Origin: Azolla caroliniana
Taxonomy: Eukaryota > Plantae > Polypodiophyta
DNA: 64,000 nt
NCBI GenBank assembly: GCA_043228905.1
Contig: JBHGNT010000008.1
Coordinates: 62,001 to 126,000, forward strand
Reading direction: 5' to 3'
Below the pieces are notes generated by a model. It saw nothing but the letters and a program-made list of their open reading frames with translations. It searched no databases and had not been told where the DNA came from. Position 1 is the first letter of the stretch. Each line of letters begins with the position of its first letter. Shown in pieces: positions 27,772 through 40,800 of the stretch. The position numbers were made by a program, and so were the translations under genes.

Positions 27772-29025
27772 TATGATATGGAATTAGAAAATCAAGGTTT
27801 TGAAACTCAGGTCGAGAGACATGAAGAAATTACCCAATTTGAGGAGGGAGTTGAGAAGAGCCCGATCGTAAATTAGTATGTTCATAGCTGGCCCATGTGA
27901 TATCCGATTTTAGTGTTCAAACATACGATTCGAAGCTAACAAGGCTAGCTATGATATGGAATTAAAAAATCAAGGTTTTGAAACTCAGGTTGAGAGACAT
28001 AAAGAAATTCCCAAATTAGAGGAGGGAGTAGAGAAGAGCCCGAGAGTAAATTAAAATGTTTAGACCTGGCCCATGTGATATCGGATTTTCGTGTTCAAAT
28101 ATGCGAATCGAAGCTAACAATGCGAGCTATGATATCGAATTAAAAAATCAAGATTTTGAATTTCAGGTCGAGAGACATGAAGAAATTCCCGAATTAGAGG
28201 AGGGAGTAGAGAAGAGCCCAAGAGTAAATTAAAATGTTTAGACTTGGCCAATGTGATATCGGATTTTAGTGTTTAAACATTGGAATCGAAGCTAACAACG
28301 CAAGCTATGATATGGAATTAAAAAATCAAGATTTTGAAACTCACGTCGAGAGACATGAAGAAATTACCCAATTTGAGGAGGGAGTTGAGAAGAGCCCGAG
28401 AGTAAATTAAAATGTTTAGACCTGGCCCATGTGATATCGGATTTTAGTGTTCAAACATACGAATCGAAGCTAACAAGGCTAGCTATGATATCGAATTAAA
28501 AAATCAAGCTCTTAAAACTCACGTCGAGAGACATGAAGAAATTACTAAATTTGAGGAGGGAGTTGAGAAGAGCCCGAGAGTAAATTAAAATGTTCATACC
28601 TGCCCATGTGATATCGGATTTTAGTGTTCAAACATGCGAATCGAGGCTAACAACGCTAGCTATGACATGGAATGAAAAAATCAAGATTTTGGAATTTGCA
28701 AATTAGAGGAGGGAGTAGATAAGAGCCCGAGAGTAAATTAAAATGTTTAGACCTGGCCCATGTGATATCGGATTTTAGTGTTTAAACATGCGAATCGAAG
28801 CTAACAAAGGTACCTATGATATGCAATTAAAAAATCAAGATTTTGGAACTCAGGTCGAGAGATATGACAAAATTACCAAATTTGAGGAGGGAGTTGAGAA
28901 GAGCGCGTGAGTAAATTAAAATGTTCAGACCTGGCCCATGTGATATAGAATTTTAGTCTTCAAACATGAGAATCGAAGCTAACAACGCAAGCTATGATAT
29001 GGAATTCCCAAATTAGAGGAGGGAG
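27772..29025 (+). repeat. ~1.25-kb long-range copy of ~10458-11711
   Basis: The same 1-bp (CCTGCCCATG), 24-bp (TTTTGGAATTTGCA) and 46-bp (GGAATTCCCAAA) deletions recur at constant offset 17314 (11367/28681; 11687/29001). Confidence 0.9.
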
Positions 29026-29699
29026 TTGAGGAGAGCCCGAGAGTAAATTCAAATGTTCATACCTGGCCCATGTTATATCGGATTTTAGTGTTCAAATATG
29101 CGAATCGAAGCTAACAATGCTAGCTATGATATGGAATTAAAAAATCAATGTTTTGAAACTCAGGTCGAGAGACATGAAGAAATTACCAAATTAGAGGAGG
29201 GAGTAGAGAAGAGGCCGAGAGTAAATTAAAATGTTCATACCTTGCCCATGTGATATCGGATTTTTGTGTTCAAACATGCGAATCGAAGCTAACAATGCTA
29301 CCTATGATATGGAATTAAAAAATCAAGCTTTCGAAACTCAGGTCGAGAGACATGAAGAAATTACCAAATTTGAGGAGGGAGTTGAGAAGAGCCCGAGAGT
29401 AGATTAAAATGTTCATACCTGTCCCAAGTGATATTGGATTTTAGTGTTCAAACATTTGAATCTAAGCTTAAAATGTTAGCTATCATATGGAAGTAAAAAA
29501 TAAGGATTTTGAAACTCACGTTGAGAGATATGAAGAAATAACCAAATTTGAGGAGGGAGTTGAGAAGAGCCCGAGAGTAAATTCAAATGTTCATACCTGG
29601 CCCATGTTATATCGGATTTTAGTGTTCAAATATGCGAATCGAAGCTAACAATGCTAGCTATGATATGGAATTAAAAAATCAATGTTTTGAAACTCAGGT

Positions 29700-30950
29700 C
29701 GAGAGACATGAAGAAATTACCAAATTAGAGGAGGGAGTAGAGAAGAGGCCGAGAGTAAATTAAAATGTTCATACCTGGCCCATGTGATATCGGATTTTAG
29801 TGTTTAAACATGCGAATCGAAGCTAGCAAAGCTACCTATGATATGGAATTAAAAAATCAAGCTTTCGAAACTCACGTTGAGAGACATGAAGAAATAACCA
29901 AATTTGAGGAGGGAGTTGAGAAGAGCCCGAGAGTAAATTAAAATGTTCATACCTGGCCCATGTGATATCAGATTTTAGTGTTCAAACATAAGAATCGAAG
30001 CTAACAAGGCTAGCTATGATATAGAATTAAAAAATCTAGGTTTTGAAACTCAGGTCGAGAGACATGAAGAAATTCCCAAATTAGAGGAGGGAGTAGAGAA
30101 GAGCCCGAGAGTAAATTAAAATGTTTAGACTTGGCCAATGTGATATCGGATTTGAGTGTTTAAACATGCGAATGGAAGCTAACAAAGCTACCTATGATAT
30201 GGAATAAAAAATCAAGATTTTCAAACTCAGGTCGAGAGACATGAAGAAATTACCAAATTTGAGGAGGGAGTTGAGAAGAGCGCGTGAGTAAATTAAAATG
30301 TTCATACCTGGCCCATCTGATATAGGATTTTAGTGTTCAAACATGGGAATCGAAGCTAACAATGCTAGCTATAATATGGAATTAAAAAATCAAGATTTTC
30401 AAACTCAGGTCGAGAGACATGAAGAAATTCCAAAATTAGAGGAGGGAGTAGAGAAGAGCCCGAGAGTAAATTAAAATGTTCATACCTGGCCCATGTGATA
30501 TCGGATTTTAGTGTTCAAACATACAAATCAAAACTAACAAGTCTAGCTATGATATCGAATTAAAAAATCAAGGTTTTGAAACTCAGGTCGAGAGACATGA
30601 AAAAATTACCAAATTAGAGGAGGGAGTAGAGAAGAGGCCGAGAGTAAATTAAAATGTTTATACCTGGCGCATGTGATATCGGATTTTGGTGTTCAAACAT
30701 GCGAATCGAAGCTAGCAAAGCTACCTATGATATGGAATTCAAAAATCAAGCTTTTGAAACTCACGTCAAGAGACATGAAGAAATAACCAAATTTGAGGAG
30801 GGAGTTGAGAAGAGCCCGAGAGTAAATTAAAATGTTCATACCTGGCCCATGTGATATCGGATTTGAGTGTTCAAACATGCGAATCGAAGCTAACAATGCT
30901 AGCTATGATATGGAATTAGAAAATCAAGCTTTTGAAACTCAGATCGAGAG
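29700..30950 (+). repeat. Duplicate of ~26.0-27.3 kb block (offset 3666)
   Basis: Shared CCCATCTGATATAGG, CATACAAATCAAAACTAACAAGTCTAG and TTTATACCTGGCGCATG. Identical spurious ORFs lie at 27027 and 30693. Confidence 0.85.
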
Positions 30951-31899
30951 ATATGAAGAAATTACCAAATTAGAGGAGGGAGTTGAGAAGAGCCCGAGAG
31001 TAAATTAAAATGTTCATACCTGGCCCATGTGATATCGGATTTTTGTGTTCAAACATGCGAATCGAAGCTAACAATGCTACCTATGATATGGAATTAAAAA
31101 ATCAAGCTTTCGAAACTCAGGTCTAGAGACATGAAGAAATTACCAAATTTGAGGAGGGAGTTGAGAAGAGCCCGAGAGTAGATTAAAATGTTCATACCTG
31201 TCCCATGTGATATTGGATTTTAGTGTTCAAACATTTGAATCTAAGCTTAAAATGTTAGCTATCATATGGAAGTAAAAAATAAGGATTTTGAAACTCACGT
31301 TCAGAGACATGAAGAAATAACCAAATTTGAGGAGGGAGTTGAGAAGAGCCCGAGAGTAAATTAAAATGTTCATACCTGGCCCATGTGATATCGGATTTTA
31401 GTGTTCAAACATGCGAATGGAAGCTAACAACGATAGCTATGATATGGAATTAAAAAATCAAGATTTCGAAACTCAGGTCGAGAGACATGAAGAAATTACC
31501 AAATTTGAGGAGGGAGTTGAGAAGAGCCCGAGAGTAGATTAAAATGTTCATACCTGTCCCATGTGAAATTGGATTTTAGTGTTCAAACATTTGAATCTAA
31601 GCTTAAAATGTTAGCTATCATATGGAAGTAAAAAATAAGGATTTTGAAACTCACGTTCAGAGACATGAAGAAATAACCAAATTTGAGGAGGGAGTTGAGA
31701 AGAGCCCGAGAGTAAATTAAAATGTTCATACCTGGCCCATGTGATATCGGATTTTTGTGTTCAAACATACGAATCGAAGCTAACAAGGCTAGCTATGATA
31801 TCGAATTAAAAAATCAAGATTTTGAAACTCAGGTCGAGAGACATGAAGAAATTACCAAATTAAAGGAGGGATTGAGAAGAGCGCATGAGTAAATTAAAA

Positions 31900-34800
31900 T
31901 GTTCATACCTGGCCCATGTGATATAGGATTTTAGTGTTCAAACATGCGAATCGAAGCTAACAATGCTACCTATGATATGGACTTAAAAAATAAATCTTTT
32001 GAAACTCATGTCGAAAGACATGAAGAAATTACCAAATTAGAGGAAGGAGTAGAGAAGAGGCCGAGAGTAAATTAAAATGTTCATAACTGGCCCATTGAAT
32101 ATCGGATTTTAGTGTTCAAACAGGCGAATCGAAGCTAACAATGCTAGCTATGATATGGAATTAAAAAATCAAGATTTTGAAACTCAGGTCGAGAGACATG
32201 AAGAAATTACCAAATTAGAGGAGGGATTGAGAAGAGCCTGAGAGTAAATTAAAATGTTCATACCTGGCCCATGTGATATCGGATTTTATTGTTCAAACAT
32301 GGGAATCGAAGCTAACAATGCTAGCTATGATATAGAATTAAAAAATCAATGTTTTGAAACTCAGGTCGAGAGACATGAAGAAATTACCAAATTAGAGGAG
32401 GGAAGTAGAGAAGACGCCGAGAGTAAATCAAAATGTTCATACCTGGCCCATGTGATATCGGATTTTAGGGTTTAGGGTTGCGAATCGAAGCTAACAATGC
32501 GAGCTATGTTATGGAATTAAAAAATCAATGTTTTGAAACTCAGGTCGAGAGACATGAAGAAATTACCAAATTAGAGGAGGGAGTAGAGAAGAGCCCGAGA
32601 GTAAATTAAAATGTTCATACCTGTCCCATGTGATATCCGATTTTAGTGTTCAAAAATTTGAATCGAAGCTTACAATGTTAGCTATCATATGGAAGTAAAA
32701 AATAAGGATTTTGAAACTCACGTTGAGAGACATGAAGAAATAACCAAATTTGAGGAGGGAGTTGAGAAGAGCCCGAGAGTAAATTAAAATGTTCATACCT
32801 GGCCCATGTGATATCGGATTTTAGTGTTCAAACATGCAAATCGAAGCTAACAACGGTAGCTATTATATCGAATTAAAAAATCAAGATTTTGAAACTCATG
32901 TCGAGAGACATGAAGAAATTACCAAATTAAAGGAGGGATTGAGAAGAGCGCATGAGTAAATTAAAATGTTCATACCTGGCCCATGTGATATAGGATTTTA
33001 GTGTTCAAACATGCGAATCGAAGCTAACAATGCTACCTATGATATGGACTTAAAAAATCAATCTTTTGAAACTCATGTCGAAAGACATGAAGAAATTACC
33101 AATTTAGAGGAAGGAGTAGAGAAGAGGCCGAGAGTAAATTAAAATGTTCATAACTGGCCCATTGAATATCGGATTTTAGTGTTCAAACAGGCGAATCGAA
33201 GCTAACAATGCTAGCTATGATATGGAATTAAAAAATCAAGATTTTGAAACTCAGGTCGAGAGACATGAAGAAATTCCCAAATTAGAGGAGGGATTGAGAA
33301 GAGCCCGAGAGTAAATTAAAATGTTCATACCTGGCCCATGTGATATCGGATTTTAGTGTTCAAATATGCGAATCGAAGCTAACAATGCGAGCTATGTTAT
33401 GGAATTAAAAAATCAATGTTTTGAAACTCAGGTCGAGAGACATGAAGAAATTACCAAATTAGAGGAGGGAGTAGAGAAGAGCCCGAGAGTAAATTAAAAT
33501 GTTCATACCTGTCCCATGTGATATCCGATTTTAGTGTTAAAACATTTGAATCGAAGCTTACAATGTTAGCTATCATATGGAAGTAAAAAATAAGGATTTT
33601 GAAACTCACGTTGAGAGACATGAAGAAATAACCAAATTTGAGGAGGGAGTTGAGAAGAGCCCGAGAGTAAATTAAAATGTTCATACCTGGCCCATGTGAT
33701 ATCGGATTTTAGTGTTCAAACATGCGAATCGAAGCTAACAATGGTAGCTATGATATCGAATTAAAAAATCAAGATTTTGAAACTCATGTCGAGAGACATG
33801 AAGAAATTACCAAATTAAAGGAGGGATTGAGAAGAGCGCATGAGTAAATTAAAATGTTCATACCTGGCCCATGTGATATAGGATTTTAGTGTTCAAACAT
33901 GCGAATCGAAGCTAATAATGCTACCTATGATATGGACTTAAAAAATCAATCTTTTGAAACTCATGTCGAAAGACATGAAGAAATTACCAATTTAGAGGAA
34001 GGAGTAGAGAAGAGGCCGAGAGTAAATTAAAATGTTCATAACTGGCCCATTGAATATCGGATTTTAGTGTTCAAACAGGCGAATCGAAGCTAACAATGCT
34101 AGCTATGATATGGAATTAAAAAATCAAGATTTTGAAACTCAGGTCGAGAGACATGAAGAAATTCCCAAATTAGAGGAGGGATTGAGAAGAGCCCGAGAGT
34201 AAATTAAAATGTTCATACCTGGCCCATGTGATATCGGATTTTTGTGTTCAAACATGCGAATTGAAGCTAACAATGCTACCTATGATATGGAATTAAAAAA
34301 TGAAGCTTTTGAAACTCAGGTCGAGAGACATGAAAAAATTACCAAATTTGAGGAGGGAGTTGAGAAGAGCCCGAGATCAAATTAAAATGTTCATACCTGT
34401 CCCATGTGATATCGGATTTTAGTGTTCAAACATTTGAATCGAAGCTTACAATGTTAGCTATCATATGAAAGTAAAGAATAAGGATTTTGAAAGTCACGTT
34501 GAGAGACATGAAGAAATAACCAAATTTGCGGAGGGAGTTGAGAAGAGCCCGAGAGTAAATTAAAATGTTCATACCTGGCCCATGTGATATCGGATTTTTG
34601 TGTTCAAACATACGAATCGAAGCTAACAAGGCTAGCTATGATATCGAATTAAAAAATCAAGGTTTTGAAACTCAGGTCAAGAGACATGAAGAAATTACCA
34701 AATTAAAGGAGGGATTGAGAAGAGCGCATGAGTAAATTAAAATGTTCATACCTGGCCCATGTGATATAGGATTTTAGTGTTCAAACATGCGAATCGAAGC

Positions 34801-37800
34801 TAACAATGCTACCTATGATATGAACTTAAAAAATAAATCTTTTGAAACTCATGTCGAAAGACATGAAGAATTTACCAAATTAGAGGAAGGAGTAGAGAAG
34901 AGGCCGAGAGTAAATTAAAATGTTCATAACTGGCCCATTGAATATCGGATTTTAGTGTTCAAACAGGCGAATCGAAGCTAACAATGCTAGCTATGATATG
35001 GAATTAAAAAATCAAGATTTTGAAACTCATGTCGAGAGACATGAAGAAATTACCAAATTAGAGGAGGGATTGAGAAGAGCCTGAGAGTAAATTAAAATGT
35101 TCATACCTGGCCCATGTGATATCGGATTTTATTGTTCAAACATGGGAATCGAAGCTAACAATGCTAGCTATGATATAGAATTAAAAAATCAATGTTTTGA
35201 AACTCAGGTCGAGAGACATGAAGAAATTACCAAATTAGAGGAGGGAAGTAGAGAAGACGCCGAGAGTAAATTAAAATGTTCATACCTGGCCCATGTGATA
35301 TCGGATTTTAGTGTTCAAATATGCAAATCGAAGCTAACAATGCGAGCTATGTTATGGAATTAAAAAATCAATGTTTTGAAACTCAGGTCGAGAGACATGA
35401 AGAAATTACCAAATTAGAGGAGGGAGTAGAGAAGAGCCCGAGAGTAAATTAAAATGTTCATACCTGTCCCATGTGATATCCGATTTTAGTGTTCAAACAT
35501 TTGAATCGAAGCTTACAATGTTAGCTATCATATGGAAGTAAAAAATAAGGATTTTGAAACTCACATTGAGAGACATGAAGAAATAACCAAATTTGAGGAG
35601 GGAGTTGAGAAGAGCCCGAGAGTAAATTAAAATGTTCATACCTGGCCCATGTGATATCGGATTTTAGTGTTCAAACATGCGAATCGAAGCTAACAACGGT
35701 AGCTATGATATCGAATTAAAAAATCAAGATTTTGAAACTCAGGTCGAGAGACATGAAGAAATTACCAAATTAGAGGAGGGATTGAGAAGAGCCTGAGAGT
35801 AAATTAAAATGTTCATACCTGGCCCATGTGATATAGGATTTTAGTGTTCAAACATGCGAATCGAAGCTAATAATGCTACCTATGATATGGACTTAAAAAA
35901 TCAATCTTTTGAAACTCATGTCGAAAGACATGAAGAAATTACCAATTTAGAGGAAGGAGTAGAGAAGAGGCCGAGAGTAAATTAAAATGTTCATAACTGG
36001 CCCATTGAATATCGGATTTTAGTGTTCAAACAGGCGAATCGAAGCTAACAATGCTAGCTATGATATGGAATTAAAAAATCAAGATTTTGAAACTCAGGTC
36101 GAGAGACATGAAGAAATTCCCAAATTAGAGGAGGGATTGAGAAGAGCCCGAGAGTAAATTAAAATGTTCATACCTGGCCCATGTGATATCGGATTTTTGT
36201 GTTCAAACATGCGAATCGAAGCTAACAATGCTACCTATGATATGGAATTAAAAAATGAAGCTTTTGAAACTCAGGTCGAGAGACATGAAAAAATTACCAA
36301 ATTTGAGGAGGGAGTTGAGAAGAGCCCGAGATCAAATTAAAATGTTCATACCTGTCCCATGTGATATCGGATTTTAGTGTTCAAACATTTGAATCGAAGC
36401 TTACAATGTTAGCTATCATATGGAAGTAAAAAATAAGGATTTTGAAAGTCACGTTTAGAGACATGAAGAAATAACCAAATTTGCGGAGGGAGTTGAGAAG
36501 AGCCCGAGAGTAAATTAAAATGTTCATACCTGGCCCATGTGATATCGGATTTTTGTGTTCAAACATACGAATCGAAGCTAACAAGGCTAGCTATGATATC
36601 GAATTAAAAAATCAAGGTTTTGAAACTCAGGTCAAGAGACATGAAGAAATTACCAAATTAAAGGAGGGATTGAGAAGAGCGCATGAGTAAATTAAAATGT
36701 TCATACCTGGCCCATGTGATATAGGATTTTAGTGTTCAAACATGCGAATCGAAGCTAACAATGCTACCTATGATATGAACTTAAAAAATAAATCTTTTGA
36801 AACTCATGTCGAAAGACATGAAGAAATTACCAAATTAGAGGAAGGAGTAGAGAAGAGGCCGAGAGTAAATTAAAATGTTCATAACTGGCCCATTGAATAT
36901 TGGATTTTAGTGTTCAAACAGGCGAATCGAAGCTAACAATGCTAGCTATGATATGGAATTAAAAAATCAAGATTTTCAAACTCAGGTCGAGAGACATGAA
37001 GAAATTACCAAATTAGAGGAGGGATTGAGAGGAGCCTGAGAGTAAATTAAAATGTTCATACCTGGCCCATGTGATATCGGATTTTATTGTTCAAACATGG
37101 GAATCGAAGCTAACAATGCTAGCTATGATATAGAATTAAAAAATCAATATTTTGAAACTCAGGTCGAGAGACATGAAGAAATTACCAAATTAGAGGAGGG
37201 AAGTAGAGAAGACGCCGAGAGTAAATTAAAATGTTCATACCTGGCCCATGTGATATCGGATTTTTGTGTTCAAATATGCGAATCGAAGCTAACAATGCGA
37301 GCTATGTTATGGAATTAAAAAATCAATGTTTTGAAACTCAGGTCGAGAGACATGAAGAAATTACCAAATTAGAGGAGGGAGTAGAAAAGAGCCCGAGAGT
37401 AAATTAAAATGTTCATACCTGTCCCATGTTATATCCGATTTTAGTGTTCAAACATTTGAATCGAAGCTTACAATGTTAGCTATCATATGAAAGTAAAGAA
37501 TAAGGATTTTGAAACTCACGTTGAGAGACATGAAGAAATAACCAAATTTGCGGAGGGAGTTGAGAAGAGCCCGAGAGTAAATTAAAATGTTCATACCTGG
37601 CCCATGTGATATCGGATTTTTGTGTTCAAACATACGAATCGAAGCTAACAAGGCTAGCTATGATATCGAATTAAAAAATCAAGGTTTTGAAACTCAGGTC
37701 AAGAGACATGAAGAAATTACCAAATTAAAGGAGGGATTGAGAAGAGCGCATGAGTAAATTAAAATGTTCATACCTGGCCCATGTGATATCGGATTTTAGT

Positions 37801-40800
37801 GTTCACACATGCGAATCGAAGCTAACAATGCTACCTATGATATGGACTTAAAAAATCAATCTTGTGAAACTCATGTCGAAAGACATGAAGAAATTACCAA
37901 TTTAGAGGAAGGAGTAGAGAAGAGGTCGAGAGTAAATTAAAATGTTCATAACTGGCCCATTGAATATCGGATTTTAGTGTTCAAACAGGCGAATCGAAGC
38001 TAACAATGCTAGCTATGATATGGAATTAAAAAATCAAGATTTTGAAACTCAGGTCGAGAGACATGAAGAAATTCCCAAATTAGAGGAGGGATTGAGAAGA
38101 GCCCGAGAGTAAATTAAAATGTTCATACCTGGCCCATGTGATATCGGATTTTATTGTTCAAACATGGGAATCGAAGGTAACAATGCTAGCTATGATATAG
38201 AATTAAAAAATCAATGTTTTGAAACTTAGGTCGAGAGACATGAAGAAATTACCAAATTAGAGGAGGGAAGTAGAGAAGACGCCGAGAGTAAATTAAAATG
38301 TTCATACCTGTCCCATGTGATATCGGATTTCAGTGTTCAAACATTTGAATCGAAGCTTACAATGTTAGCTATCATATGGAAGTAAAAAATAAGGATTTTG
38401 CAAGTCACGTTGAGAGACATGAAGAAATAACCAAATTTGAGGAGGGAAGTAGAGAAGAGGCCGAGAGTAAATTCAAATGTTCATACCTGGCCCATGTGAT
38501 ATCGGATTTTAGTGTTCAAATATGCGAATCGAAGCTAACAATGCTAGCTATGATATGGAATTAAAAAATCAAGATTTTGAAAGTCACGTTGAGAGACATG
38601 AAGAAATAACCAAATTTGAGGAGGGATTGAGAAGAGCCCGAGAGTAAATTAAAATGTTCATACCTGGCCCATGTGATATCGGATTTTAGTGTTCAAACAT
38701 ACGAATCGAAGCTAACAAGGCTAGCTATGATATCGAATTAAAAAATCAAGGTTTTGAAACTCACGTCGAGAGACATGAAGAAATGACCAAATGAGAGGAG
38801 GGATTGAGAAGAGCGCTTGAGTAAATTAAAATGTTCATACCTGGCCCATGTGATATCGGATTTTCGTGTTCAAATATGCGAATCGAAGCTAACAATGCGA
38901 GCTATGTTATGGACTTAAAAAATAAATCTTTTGAAACTCATGTCGAAAGACATGAAGAAATTAGCAAATTAGAGGAAGGAGTAGAGAAGAGGCCGAGAGT
39001 AAATTAAAATGTTCATAACTGGCCCATTGAATATCGGATTTTAGTGTTCAAACAGGCGAATCGAAGCTAACAATGCTAGCTATGATATGGAATTAAAAAA
39101 TCAAGATTTTGAAACTCAGGTTGAGAGACATGAAGAAATAACCAAATTTGAGGAGGGAGTTGAGAAGAGCCCGAGAGTAAATTAAAATGTTCATAACTAG
39201 CCCATTGAATATCGGATTTTAGTGTTCAAACATGCGAATCGAAGCTAACAACGGTAGCTATGATATCGAATTAAAAAATCAAGATTTTGAAACTCATGTC
39301 GAGAGACATGAAGAAATTACCAAATTAAAGGAGGGATTGAGAAGAGCCTGAGAGTAAATTAAAATGTTCATACCTGGCCCATGTGATATAGGATTTTAGT
39401 GTTCACACATGCGAATCGAAGCTAACAATGCTACCTATGATATGGACTTAAAAAATCAATCTATTGAAACTCATGTCGAAAGACATGAAGAAATTACCAA
39501 TTTAGAGGAAGGAGTAGAGAAGAGGTCGAGAGTAAATTAAAATGTTCATAACTGGCCCATTGAATATCGGATTTTAGTGTTCAAACAGGCGAATCGAAGC
39601 TAACAATGCTAGCTATGATATGGAATTAAAAAATCAAGATTTTGAAACTCAGGTCGACAGACATGAAGAAATTCCCAAATTAGAGGAGGCATTGAGAAGA
39701 GCCCGAGAGTAAATTAAAATGTTCATACCTGGCCCATGTGATATCGGATTTTAGTGTTCAAACATGCGAATTGAAGCTAACAATGCTACCTATGATATGG
39801 AATTAAAAAATGAAGATTTTGAAACTCAGGTCGAGAGACATGAAAAAATTACCAAATTTGAGGAGGGAGTTGAGAAGAGCCCGACATCAAATTAAAATGT
39901 TCATACCTGTCCCATGTGATATCGGATTTTAGTGTTCAAACATTTGAATCGAAGCTTACAATGTTAGCTATCATATGGAAGTAAAAAATAAGGATTTTGA
40001 AAGTCACGTTGAGAGACATGAAGAAATAACCAAATTTGAGGAGGGAGTTGAGAAGAGCCCGAGAGTAAAATAAAATGTTCATACCTGGCCCATGTGATAT
40101 CGGATTTTTGTGTTCAAACATACGAATCGAAGCTAACAAGGCTAGCTATGATATCGAATTAAAAAATCAAAGTTTTGAAACTCAGGTCAAGAGACATGAA
40201 GAAATTACCAAATTAATGGAGGGATTGAGAAGAGCGCATGAGTAAATTAAAATGTTCATACCTGGCCCATGTGATATAGGATTTTAGTGTTCAAACATGC
40301 GAATCGAAGCTAACAATGCTACCTATGATATGAACTTAAAAAATAAATCTTTTGAAACTCATGTCGAAAGACATGAAGAAATTACCAAATTAGAGGAAGG
40401 AGTAGAGAAGAGGCCGAGTGTAAATTAAAATGTTCATAACTGGCCCATTGAATATCGGATTTTAGTGTTCAAACAGGCGAATCGAAGCTAACAATGCTAG
40501 GTATGATATGGAATTCAAAAATCAAGCTTTTGAAACTCAGGTCGAGAGACATGAAGAAATTCCCAAATTAGAGGAGGCATTGAGAAGAGCCCGAGAGTAA
40601 ATTAAAATGTTCATACCTGGCCCATGTGATATCGGATTTTTGTGTTCAAACATGTGAATTGAAGCTAACAATGCTACCTATGATATGGAATTAAAAAATG
40701 AAGATTTTGAAACTCAGGTCGAGAGACATGAAAAAATTACCAAATTTGAGGAGGGAGTTGAGAAGAGCCCGAGATCAGATTAAAATGTTCATACCTGTCC

